This document shows positions 37,085 to 47,800 of a stretch of 64,000 bases of DNA, piece after piece (position 1 is the first letter of the stretch; the number at the start of each line of letters is the position of its first letter). The notes below the pieces were generated by a model. The model ran no database searches, was not told the DNA's origin, and saw only the letters and a program-made list of their open reading frames with translations. Origin of the DNA: Planctomycetota bacterium (lineage in GTDB: Bacteria > Planctomycetota > UBA1135 > UBA2386); the NCBI GenBank assembly GCA_965223545.1, contig OZ245006.1:4736001-4800000 (forward strand), read 5' to 3'. Position numbers and translations under genes: made by a program.

Positions 37085-38101
37085 ATGCCCAAGCCCCTGC
37101 TCGCCCGGCGCACCTGCGCATCCCTTCTGCTCGCGGGCTTCGTTGCCCCGGGCGCAACGGCGAGCGCGCAGCTCCCGCACCCCGCGCGCGACCCCTACTT
37201 CCAGCCGACCGACGCGAAGGTCCTCGACAAGCTGCCGGTCGTGATCCTGCGCAACATGATCGAGGACCGCGACGGTGCGATCTGGTTCGCATCGTTCGGC
37301 GGTCCGATTCGCTATGACGGCGCCAACTTCACGAACTTCGCGGAAGAGGTCGGGTTGGCGGGGACCCGCGTGTTCTCGCTGCTCGAGACCGAGTCCGGCG
37401 ACCTATGGTTCGGGTCGATCACCGGTGGCGCGACGCGGTACGACGGCGAGTCGTTCACCAAGTGGACCACCGAGGAGGGACTCGCGAGCAACGACGTCCA
37501 CTGGATCCTCGAAGACCGCGACGGCGACGTTTGGCTGGCGACCACGGCCGGCGTCAGCCGCTATGACGGCAAGTCGTTCACCAACTACACCGTCGACGAC
37601 GGTTTGCCGCACGACGCGGTGTACGTCATCGCGGAGGACCGCACGGGCACGCTCTGGTTCGGCACCCAGGGTGGCATCTGCTCGTTCGACGGCGAGGCGT
37701 TCACCAACTTCGGGCTCCGTGTGGACCGGGAGTTCGTCAACATCCGCGCCATCGTCGAGGACCACTCGGGCAACTTGTGGTTCGGCGGACAGGCCGGCGC
37801 CTTCCGGTTCGACGGCGAGACCCTGACCGCCTTCGACGAAGAGAGCGGGCTGCTGCACGATTTCGTCGGCTCGCTGATGGTCGACCGAGCGGGCCACGTC
37901 TGGTTCGGCCACCCCGACACCTTCGCCGGCGGTGCCAGCCGCTTCGACGGCGAGTCGTTCACCCACCTCACGCAAGACGACGGCATGACCGCCACCAACG
38001 TCTACTGCATGCTCGAGGACAGCGAAGGACGCATCTGGTTCGGCAGCGTCAACGCCGGCGCCTGCCGCTACGACGGCAAGACCTTCACCAGCTTCTCGTG
38101 A
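37085..38101 (+). CDS. Secreted two-component-regulator-propeller (Reg_prop) protein without kinase domain
   Basis: Signal peptide; about 7 repeats of I.ED..G.LWFG...G..R.DG..FT......GL. Confidence 0.85.
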   Translation: MPKPLLARRTCASLLLAGFVAPGATASAQLPHPARDPYFQPTDAKVLDKLPVVILRNMIEDRDGAIWFASFGGPIRYDGANFTNFAEEVGLAGTRVFSLLETESGDLWFGSITGGATRYDGESFTKWTTEEGLASNDVHWILEDRDGDVWLATTAGVSRYDGKSFTNYTVDDGLPHDAVYVIAEDRTGTLWFGTQGGICSFDGEAFTNFGLRVDREFVNIRAIVEDHSGNLWFGGQAGAFRFDGETLTAFDEESGLLHDFVGSLMVDRAGHVWFGHPDTFAGGASRFDGESFTHLTQDDGMTATNVYCMLEDSEGRIWFGSVNAGACRYDGKTFTSFS

Positions 38102-38134
38102 CCGTACGGTGTCAGGCTCGTTTTCTCGCTTCGC
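38099..38134 (+). repeat. Dispersed intergenic repeat, copy B
   Basis: TGACCGTACGGTGTCAGGCTCGTTTTCTCGCTTCGC; homologous to 11155..11192. Confidence 0.6.
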
Positions 38135-38142
38135 CCGACTCC

Positions 38143-40286
38143 CTACCCGCCAATCACGGCAGCGACGGCGTCGGAGAGGACCATCCCGGCCGGGTTGCGC
38201 CGTGGATCGGGCACCACGGCCTGCTGGTAGTAGCGACCGCCGATGAGGGCGGGCGTGACCGGAATCGAGTACGCGAACGCAGCCGACGTGCCCGTGCCGG
38301 CGACCGGAACCGCTGCGTCCGGGCTCACCCTCAGCAGGCAGCCAGTCAGTCCCAAACGGCTCAGGTTCATCGGCAAGGGGGCGGCGCCGAACGTCGTGTT
38401 GCTGGCACCGAACAGTACTGTCGCCGCACCTTGCGGCAGCCCCCGCGCGACGACGTTCATCACCGTGCCCACTCGCGGAGGTAGGGTGGCGGTCAGGTGC
38501 GGAACGCCGAGGCTCCCCAGGCACAAGGGACTTGCGAACGCGACGTACGCGCCCTGCGCAACCACGCCGACGTCGTTGGAAGCCACCCGGCTGTAGACCA
38601 TCCCGGGTTCGAGGTCGGGTGCGTTGAACTGAAACGTAGAGCTCCAAGAGACCGCCGAGCCGTCGCTCCGCCGCGCCACGCTCCCGGTGGTCGATTGCTC
38701 GTTGGCGACCTCGACGTAGGTCACCCCGGCGGGCAACGGCGGCACCGACCCGAAGAAACTCGACCCCCAGGCAGCGACGGTTCCGTCACTCCGTCGCTGC
38801 CATCGCTGCGCAGCGCGGCCGAGTGCTCGCCACCAGCGGCTGCCTCGACGTAGCGCAAGCCGGCCGGCAGCGCGGGCACGTTGGTCTGACCGGAGAGATT
38901 CTTGCCCCAAGCGACGAGTGAGCCGTCGCTGCGCAGCCCGAGCGAGTGCTGGGATCCCGCACTGACCTGAGTGTAGGTCAAACCGGTGGGCGGGGAAGGC
39001 ACGGAGGTCTGTCCCCAGAAGTTCCATCCCCAACCCACCGCGGTCCCGTCGCTGCGCAACGCGAGGGCAAACGACTCGCCCGCCTCGATGGCGGCATAGG
39101 TCGTGCCGGCCCGTGGCGGTGGCACGCTGGTCTGGCCCAGGCTGTCGTCTCCCCAAGCTGCGATCTCGCCGTCGCTGCGCAGCGCGAGCCAATAGCCGAA
39201 TCCCGCCGCCACGTCGGTGTAGGTGAGACCCGAGGGCAGAGCCGGCGCGTTGAGCTGACCCAGTCGATTGGAGCCCCACGACACGACCGAGTCGTCGCTG
39301 CGGCGTGCGACGGTGTGGGACTGGCCCACTGCCCCGCCGGCGTCGACCGCGACGTAGGTCAACCCCGCTGGCAAGGGTGGGACCGCGCCGCGGACGTTCC
39401 CCCACGCCGTGATCGTTCCGTCGCTGCGCAGCCCGACCGAATGATCGTAGCCCGCCGAAACCTGCACGTAGGTCGACCCCGGCGGAAGCGCCGGCACGTT
39501 GGTCTGGCCGGCACTGTTGTCGCCCCAGCCAATGGCCGAGCCGTCGCTGCGCCGTGCCAGCGCGTGCAGTGGCCCGGCGTCGATCGCAACGTAGGTCAGC
39601 CCCGGCGGAAGCGCGGGCACTGCGGCGACGGCCCCCCAGGCGACCACCGCGCCGTCACTGCGACGAGCGGCCGCGAAGCGACCGCCGGCAGCGACCTCGA
39701 CGTAGGCCAGCCCCGCAGGTGCAACGGGGATGTTGAGCTGGCCGAAACGATTGCTACCCCAACCGATCAGCGCACCGTCGCTGCGGCGCGCGATCGCGAA
39801 GTGCTCGCCCACCGTGCCGCCGGCCGCGACTTCGACGTAGCTCAGACCCGGCGGCAGGGCGGGAACGTTGAGCTGGCCGGAGTTGTTGTTGCCCCAACCG
39901 ACGACCGTGCCATCGCTGCGCCGCGCGATCGTGAACTCCTCCCCCGCTTCGATCTCGACGTAATGGATGCCCGGTGGCAAGGGCGGCCGGACATGCCACT
40001 TGGTGGCGCCCCACGAGACCACCGAGCCATCGCTACGGCGCGCGACCGTGTGGTACCCACCGGCAGAGACTTCGACGAACCTCTCCGCATGCCAAGCGCT
40101 GTTGAAGAACATGCCGCCCGGGCCCCAGCCCACGACGTCCTGCGCGCCTGCCGCGCTCGCGCACGACGCGATCAGCGCGGCGATGCACAGCGGGCCGGCA
40201 GGGAATCCGGTGCGTGCCTTCCGGTCGGGCGGGGGAACGCTGTCGGCGGAGATGCGCTGGCCGGAGGGTGGAGTCGCGCGGTGCAT
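38143..40286 (-). pseudogene. RCC1-repeat secreted protein with conserved C-terminal domain, frameshifted near 38795
   Basis: RSDG..WG.N..GQ..VP repeats in ORF 38721..40286 continue in a different frame (RRSDGTVAAWG... to the C-terminal domain, stop at 38143). Either a real lesion or an assembly error. Confidence 0.75.
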
Positions 40287-40481
40287 GGGTCACCTCGTTT
40301 GCCGCCATGGTAATGATCGCGAGCTCGCGCCGGGCGGGCGTGCGCAAGATGGCGCTCGGCCCAGCACGGATGCGGCCAAGCGGTGGGAGGCGTCGATGTC
40401 CTCCGCCGCGAACCGGAAACCTTTGCTCACCGAGGGGAGAGAGTGCGCTTGATCTCGATCGCGGCGGTTCGGCCTGCTGGC

Positions 40482-40528
40482 CCCAGCCCCCGATCGGGAA
40501 GGCTTCTCGCGACCGGTCGGGGGCTGGG
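40482..40528 (-). terminator. Strong GC hairpin just after the rbfA-like stop codon
   Basis: CCCAGCCCCCGATCGG ... CCGGTCGGGGGCTGGG, a 16-bp stem with one non-Watson-Crick position; no U-tract. Confidence 0.5.
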
Positions 40529-40530
40529 TG

Positions 40531-40920
40531 TCAATCGCCGGCCGGGTCCTCGACCAGCTCGAACACGATGTCCGGCAGCTTGCGCCGGTGGATCGAGTCG
40601 GCGACCGCCTGCAACAGCACGGGCCGCGCCCCGACCAGGCGCGCCGACAGGTCCGCAGGATCACGTCCCGCGGGAAAGCGGACCCGCGCGCGCAGGCGGC
40701 TCTGGTCCGGTGCCGGGGTCACGTCGAGGATCGACAGGTCGAGCAGCACGGGGTCCTCGATCTCGCCCATCAACGTGAGGTCGAGGGTGCGCCGCACCTG
40801 GGCGCAGAGCTGCATCGTCTTGCGATCATCGCCGCGGCGGCTGCCGCGCGCGGCCGCATCTCGGAAATCGCCTCGCGCGGACGCGCCGTCGTCGAAGCGG
40901 GGGAACTTGTCTCTTACCAA
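40531..40920 (-). CDS. Ribosome-binding factor A-like protein (divergent RbfA paralog)
   Basis: RKT.QLC.QV...L......DP.L..L.I.DV.PAPD.SRL...V...L..A...L...VA..IHRRKLP.I.F, KH-like RbfA layout; TTG start with AGGAG RBS. Confidence 0.7.
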   Translation of the reverse strand: MVRDKFPRFDDGASARGDFRDAAARGSRRGDDRKTMQLCAQVRRTLDLTLMGEIEDPVLLDLSILDVTPAPDQSRLRARVRFPAGRDPADLSARLVGARPVLLQAVADSIHRRKLPDIVFELVEDPAGD

Positions 40921-41040
40921 AGCTGGGCTCCTGAAGAATTGCCGTCAGTGAAGAGCCCGGCAAGCCACGCGCGCAGTCTGCCGCGGTGCGATGCGGCGCG
41001 CAAGACCCTCGCGCCGTCGATGCGGCGGCGAGGGCGTGGT

Positions 41041-41739
41041 CTATCGCGGCGGCGCGGCGACCGCGGGCTGCTCTTCCGCGTACGGCATCGCGGTCGAGTC
41101 CAAGTACGCCAGCGTGGCCTGCATCGAGGCGTCCAGCCGCCGGTGCAGCTCGCCGCTCTGTTGGCCGAGGGCGCGGACTTCGGGGTCCACGGTGGCGATC
41201 GCGGCGGCGTTGAAGTCGTTGCTCAGAAACAGCGTCACGTCGCGCATGCGCAGGTTGAGGGCGTCGAGCTCGGACTGGGCCGGCTCGACGGCGGCGAGGA
41301 TGCCGCGGTAGAGCGCTTGGGTGTGCTCGAGACGCGCCATGCTGCGCTGCCTCATCTGCGGGTTGGCGAACGACAACAGGTCGGCGCGCCAGCGCTCGAA
41401 CATCGGCTCGGCGGTGCGGCGCATCGTCGCGGTGCTGTCCCGCAGCTGTTCGCCCTGGGTGTTGGCCTCGGCCAGCGCCTGCTCGAGGCCGGAGAAGCTC
41501 TCCTTGGCATCGCCGGCGAAGGCGGGCGACACCAGGTTCTGCATCTGCGCCAGAGCGTGCTGAGCGGCTTGTTTGGCGAGCTCGAGGTCGACGTGCACGC
41601 GCTCGATGCGGGCGTGCACGTGCTCGAGGCTGGCCAGGCCATCGTCGCTTTGGAACATGCCGCAGGCGGCGAGGGCGGCGAGAGGAACGAGGCCGAGCGG
41701 CCGGCGAACGTGCGCGAACATCGGTGTGCTTGCAGTCAT
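41041..41739 (-). CDS. DUF2959-like alpha-helical lipoprotein
   Basis: Lipobox ALAAC; coiled coil with F..W..DL....NP.MR.RS..RL...Y..I and D..LFL.ND.N..AI motifs. Confidence 0.7.
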   Translation of the reverse strand: MTASTPMFAHVRRPLGLVPLAALAACGMFQSDDGLASLEHVHARIERVHVDLELAKQAAQHALAQMQNLVSPAFAGDAKESFSGLEQALAEANTQGEQLRDSTATMRRTAEPMFERWRADLLSFANPQMRQRSMARLEHTQALYRGILAAVEPAQSELDALNLRMRDVTLFLSNDFNAAAIATVDPEVRALGQQSGELHRRLDASMQATLAYLDSTAMPYAEEQPAVAAPPR

Positions 41740-41879
41740 GGACTCTCCGGTAGGCGAAGCGCCCGCCGGCTGTCCAACGCTTCGGCGATCGCGCGCGGCT
41801 GCTTGAGGGCGGCCTTTGGCCGCGGGCTCGGGCTGAGACTGCCGCACGTTTGTGTGGTGTCGCGGCCGCCTCCTCGCAG

Positions 41880-44800
41880 CTATTGAAGTGGTGGCGCCGC
41901 TTCGCGGATGGTGGCGCCGGCCTCCTCACTGAGCACGAGGATGGCGAAACGCTCGACGTCACCGTGAGCACCAGACAGCGACGCGTAGTCGAACCGGCCG
42001 CGCAGGTCGGTGTAGCCGTCCTTGTAGAACACCACGCCGCCACCCGCGCGACGGGCGAACACCTTGACGTAGACCCGGGGCATCGGTCGGCCGCGGTCGT
42101 GGTCGGTGACCTCGAGCTGGCCGTAGCTGTCGATCATGCGCACCGCCATCGAGTTGGCGAAGTAGGGTTGGCGCTGGACCAGGCCAGCGCCGCGCACCTC
42201 TACGAGCACATTGGCGTTGGCGAACTCGGCGGGCAGGTCGAACACCGTCTCGCGGTCGGCCGCGGCCAGCGCGACGCGGTCCTCACGGTTGGGTTTGACG
42301 TAGGCGAAAGCGCCGCTGCCCTGCTGCACGAACGGGTGCGTCGAGAACAAGAACTCGACGTCCATCAGGTAGTAGCTCACCGAGCACTGCTCGAGATTCT
42401 GATGCCGCAAATGCACGCGGCGCGACTCGACCCGCAGCTCCAGCGACGGCTCCGCGGCCGCGAGCTCGTTCTGCGCCTGGACTCGGTTGTCCGGATCACT
42501 GCGCTGCGCGCCCATGCCCGAAGCTTCATCGAGCTGGTGCAGCACGTCCTGGAACATTGCTCGCCACCGGCTCACCGGGTGGTCCGCGTAGCGTTCGGCG
42601 ATCGCGCGCGCAGTCGCCGGCGTCTCGCTGAAGAACGCGAGGTAGGCGCGCATGTAGTCGTACTGCAGCTCGCTGTGCAGCTGCTGTGGATCGACCTTGG
42701 CGAAGCTGCGCAACGCCTCGTGCACGCGATCCTGCAACAGCAGGTAGTAGGTCACCGACATCCAGTCGTTCGCATCCAGCTGCGGGCGGTCCGCCAAGAT
42801 CAGCAACAGGGCGGCGTACTGGCGGGCGAAGTCGGCGTTGAGAATCTCGCGCCGCTTGCCGAAGCGATGGGCGCGGCCGTTGATGAGCGGCTCGTACTCG
42901 ACGTGTTGATAGGCGTGGCGCTCGATCGGGTCGATGCTCAGCAGTGGTGAGTCGAGCCAGCGCCCGCACTGGGCGATGAAGCCGTCGGCGTGCTGTAGGT
43001 ACTCCCGTGTCACCGCGGCGTCGCCGTGGTGCAGGCCGTAGCTCCACAGCACCGGGTGGTAGACGTGGCGGGAACGCAACCGGTCGAGCACGGCGGCGAA
43101 CGCGTTCGCGTCGCGCATCCGCCAGGCGATCTGGCTCAGGTCGATGCGCGCCAGGTTGTGACCGTCGAGATAGGCGAGCACGGCCTCGGTCGAGCCGTTC
43201 TGCGAGATGTGCTCCCACGACGAGGTGTCGATCCGGCTCGGCGTGGCGACGGCGCGCAGCGTGCGCGACTCTGCATGGGCCAAGAGGCCCTCGCCATCGC
43301 TGACGTGCACGGGGTAGTGGGTGAACTCGCCGCTCGCGGGGAAGTAGAACGCGTACTCGACCGTCGCCGTCGAGTACGGTTCGAGCCGCAGCGGCACGCT
43401 GCGCGTCGCGAAGCCGTTGTTCACCGGGATCGCGCCGCGCGGGATCTGCAACAGCAGCCGGATCTGCCGCGGCGCAGACGTCGGGTTGGTGGCGACGACC
43501 TGGCAGCCGTAGGTGATGCCGATCAAGAATTCGTCGGTGACGAACTTGTCGCGGCGCTCGTTGCCTTCGAAGCGGTAGCGATCGTCGAGCCGGTACAGGT
43601 TCTGCGTCACCAGCAGTGGCGCGGTGTCGGCGCGCACCGCCGTGTCGACGATCTCCTGCCGCACCAGCAGCAGCGGGCTGTTCGCCTGCAGCGTCACTCG
43701 CCGGCCGTCGACTTCGGTGCCGTGCTCGCCGGCGGCGAACGGCAGGTCGAGCACCGACAGCGCGAACATCATCTCGGCGAACGAGCCAGTCGCCTCGGCA
43801 AACCGGCCGGAGACGAACGGTCCGTCGCCGGCGGCGGCGAAGTCGCGCCAGAAGCCGTTGACCGCGATCCAGTCGCCGACCTGCTCCTCGATGCGCCGGT
43901 GCCAGTAGTTGTGCTCGACGAACCGTTGGGTCGGATCGACTTGGCGGTAGAGCGCCTTGCCCTGCTCCCGCTGCTTGGCCTCCTCCTTGCGCCGGGCGCC
44001 GCCCATGAAGAACTCGTCGGAGCCGGTCACCGCATTCGGCGCCTCTTCGGCCTCCTCGGCCGGCTCCGGCGCGGCGGCGCGCTCCATGTCCATCTCCTCA
44101 CCGGCTGCGCGATCCTGCTGGGAGCGGCTGTCGGAGCGGAGTGCACGTCGCGCCTCGCCCAGTCGGGCCCGCAGCTCGCCGGCCTTGTCCAAGTCCTTGT
44201 TGCGCAATGTCGCGCGCATCAAGCGGTCCAGCTTGGCGGGGTCGGGAGGCAACAGATCGTGCAGGTCGGCGACCAGGCGGCGCACCGAGTCGCGCTGTGC
44301 CGTTAGGCGCCGGGCGAGCAGGATGCGCTCGACCAGGTTGAGGCGGGCGAACGCCCACGGCTCGAGGTAGCGCTCCAGGTCGGCACCCAAGAGCCAGTGA
44401 TCGAGGAACGTCTGGTGCACCTTGTTGGCCAGATATGGCTGCACCACGGCGGCGAAGAATGCCGGGTCCTTCTGGTGGAGGAAGAAGTGCAGCTCGTGGC
44501 AAGCGTGCTCGGAGTAGAGCGCCCGCTTCTGCTCGTCCGACTGCTCGTGCCAGCGCGTGACGAAGGCGAACTTGGCCAGATCGGCGTCGTCGGTCTGTGC
44601 CATGAACAGGCGGTGGACCCCGGCGAGGGTGTCGAAGGTCTGCGCCTCCGCGTGGGCGGCGTCCGCCAGGACGGCGCTCTCGCCGGCGGCGATGAACTCG
44701 ATGCGCTGTTCTTGGCTGAGGTGGCGGGCGGGGTCGAGGGCGTTCTCCAGTGCCCGCTCGCGCGGCGCGAGCGGGGTCTCGGCGCGGACCCGCGTGGTGT

Positions 44801-47800
44801 AGACCGTGTCGCGGTCGTCGGTGGCGAGCACGTGCAGCAGCGCCCCGTCGCCGAGCGCGGCCAGTGGCACGCGGACGACGCCGTCCGCGTCGGGGGTGGC
44901 GTTGGTGTGCAGCGGCGCTCCGGCGGGCAAGAAGTCCAGGTTGGCGTAGGTGCCCGGCGCCGACTCCAGCGCCGCGGCGTCATCGCCGGCGGCGGCGGTG
45001 CCCGGCCGTTGCCGGTGACCGCCGCGGCCGCCGAACTTGCCGCCGGCACCCCCGCCGAGGCCGATCGCCGTCGCCGTCTCCTCCAGGGCCCACGGGTTGA
45101 GCAGCAGGCCGGGACGGCGCAACAGGTTGCCGGGATAGCGCGGCAGCAGGCGGCGCTCGAGGATGTAGCGGTACTCGTCGCCGATCTCCCGGCCCGAGTG
45201 GAACGACGACCCTTCCGGTGTCGACGGCATCCAGCGCAGCCCGGGGTGGGCGGGACCGCGCAGTGCGAACGCCTCGTACGCCGGCAGATAGCGGGTCGCG
45301 CCGACGTGCACGCGGGCATCCACACCCGCGTTGGCCAGCTGCACGACCAGGTGATCCCCGTCGATCGAAGTCCGCGTCACGTGCAGCGGTCGCTTGGCCG
45401 GCTGCTCCAGGTTGCGGCCCGCCCCGGCGGTCCAGCCGCCGCGCGGCGCGCCGGCGGTGATGCGGACCGTGAAGTGGCGGTCTTGCTCGATCAGCCACAG
45501 CGAGTAGTCGCCGGGCGTCAGATCGCGCAGCTCGACGAAGCCGCCGGCGACCGCGGTGTGCTCGATCGCGTCGGCCTCGAACACGCCGCCGCGCAGGCGG
45601 AGCAGCGACACCGATTGTCGCGTCGCCGCGCCCGCCGGACCGAGATACGGAACCCGGATGGTCTGTCCGGCGAGGCCGTGCAGCACGGGGGGGTAGGTGC
45701 GCACCGCGTCGCGCAGCCGCACCGCGCCGACCGCCCACGGAAACCCCGACACCTGCAGCGTTTCGATGCCGAGCAGCGGACCGAGGTGGATGCGGCCGCC
45801 CTCGTCGGTCTTCAGCGTCACGTCGACGGGGTCGGTGTAGTCGCGGTGGCTCAGGCGAAGGTGCAGGGCGCGGCCGGCCCTGGGTTCGCCGTTCTTGCCG
45901 AGGAGGTCGATGAAGTAGCCCTCCGGCGTGCGGCCGATCAGGGGGCAGCCGGTCTGCGGGGTGGTGTCGATGCGGTTGAGGGCAAAGCTGCGCGTCACCG
46001 GACCGAGCTGGACGTCCTCCCCGCGACTCAAACTGCGGACCGTTCCACTGACGCTGACCTGGACCTCGACGATGTTGGTCGGCACCGAGAGCTCGTGCTG
46101 CCACTCCCGTTCGTCGTCGAACTCCGGGTCGCGCACATCGACCGTCGAACCGATCCCCTGAGTGTCGGTGGCGGTGATGCGCACGCGCCGCTCGGTGAGC
46201 TCGGACAGGCTGATCGGGCGACCGTTGAGCAGCAGGGTCGGCCGCACCACGACTTGTGCGCGGCCGCCGGCGCGCAGCGCCTCGCGCTCGACGTGGATGC
46301 CGGCCTGCAGGCCGTAGCTCTCGGTGTGGTGCTCGAACTCTGCCAGTGCGGCCCGGTCGCCATGCCGCAGGATCACCGCCTTGCGGCCGGGCGCGGTCGA
46401 AAACGGCACCGTGATCTCGCCGTCGTCGTCGGCGCGGTAGTCGCGGCCGCCGATCCACACGGAGGCGTCTTCGAGCACGTTGCCGTCTCCGTCGCGCACC
46501 GCGAACGCGTGGCCCGCGGCGCTGGCGCGCTCGGTGTGCCACAGTCTGCCCTTGTGCAGCACGGCGCGGCTGGCGAGGCCGTTGCCGATGAACTCGACGA
46601 CGTAGACGCCCGGGCGTTGCACCGCCGGCAGGGCGAACTGCCGCCGCACCCGGCGCAGCGGGTTGTCGTCGTAGGAGTGGGTCTCCTCGTGGTTGGCGAC
46701 CAAGCCGTCCAGATTGATCGAGGCGTCGACTTCGCGGCCGACTTCGCGGTAGTAGTTGAAGGTGTTGATCTCGAACACCTTGACCAAGAGGGTGTCGACG
46801 TTCTTCAGGTCGACGTCGATGGTCACCGGATCCTCGTCGCCGTAGTCGGTGCGCTGGGTCGGCGGAAACTCGATCTCGACGCGCTCCTTCAGAGCCTCGT
46901 AGTATCCGGGGTCGTCGAGCAGCGAGTACCACCGCTCCATGTCACCACGGCCGGCCAAGATCTTGATCTCGGCGAACTGGCGGCGCAGATAGGTCGGATC
47001 CAGCACCTCGGCGAAGCTGTCGAACGAGTCGGCGTCGCGCAGGGCGTGCGCCAAGTACGCGCGCACCAGCGGTTCGTCGTCCCCGATCGGCGGCAGGCCG
47101 GTGGGGAAGCCGCGGCCGGGATCGACGCGCACGCTCGTGTTCTCCTGGCGGAGTCGGGGGTGGACGTAGTGGCCGGGCCGCGGCAGGCGCAGATAGGCGC
47201 GGAAGCGGCCCAGGTCCGGAGTGCCGGCCGCCAGATCATCGCGCAGGCGGTGGTAGAGCACGTGCGCTTTGAGCGAGTTGTAAGGTGGCGGCAGTCGGTC
47301 GGCGAACGCCTGCAGGCGCTGCAAGTAGGCGACCCGCGCACCTCGGTCGCGCCGCCAATCGACGTCGGCGGAAGGCAGAAGCCGCGGCAGGTACGTCTCG
47401 ACGAAGTTGTTGTCGCTGAGCAGCGACGGCAGCAGGCGGGCGCATTCCTCGAGCTGGTCGAGCAGCAGGTGGCGGTGGATCGCGAGCGAGCCGAAGCCGC
47501 GGCTGCTGCGGTCCTGTAGGTTGCGCACGACCAGCGCCGGCAGGTTGGCGACGTCGGGGCGCTGCAGCCGCGACAGCAAGCTCATCAGCTGGCGGTCGTC
47601 CAAGCGGGTGGTGGCGAGATCGCGCAGCGCGCGCGGTTGGAAGCCATTGGTCGAGCCCCGGTGACCGCGCAGTGCGCGGGCGGTCAGCGTCGCCGCGCTG
47701 ATCGCGCGCGGATCGAGCGCGGTCGGCACGTCCGGCGCGGCGCCCGGGATCTGGCGCTGGTGGCCGAAGTTCACCCCGAGGCGGCGCACGAGATGCCGCA

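Noticed and set aside
38640..40100. Periodic DNA repeats resembling a CRISPR array
   Set aside because: Degenerate coding repeats of RCC1 blades; no identical repeats with unique spacers and no cas genes. The same applies to the Kelch, FG-GAP and heme repeats.
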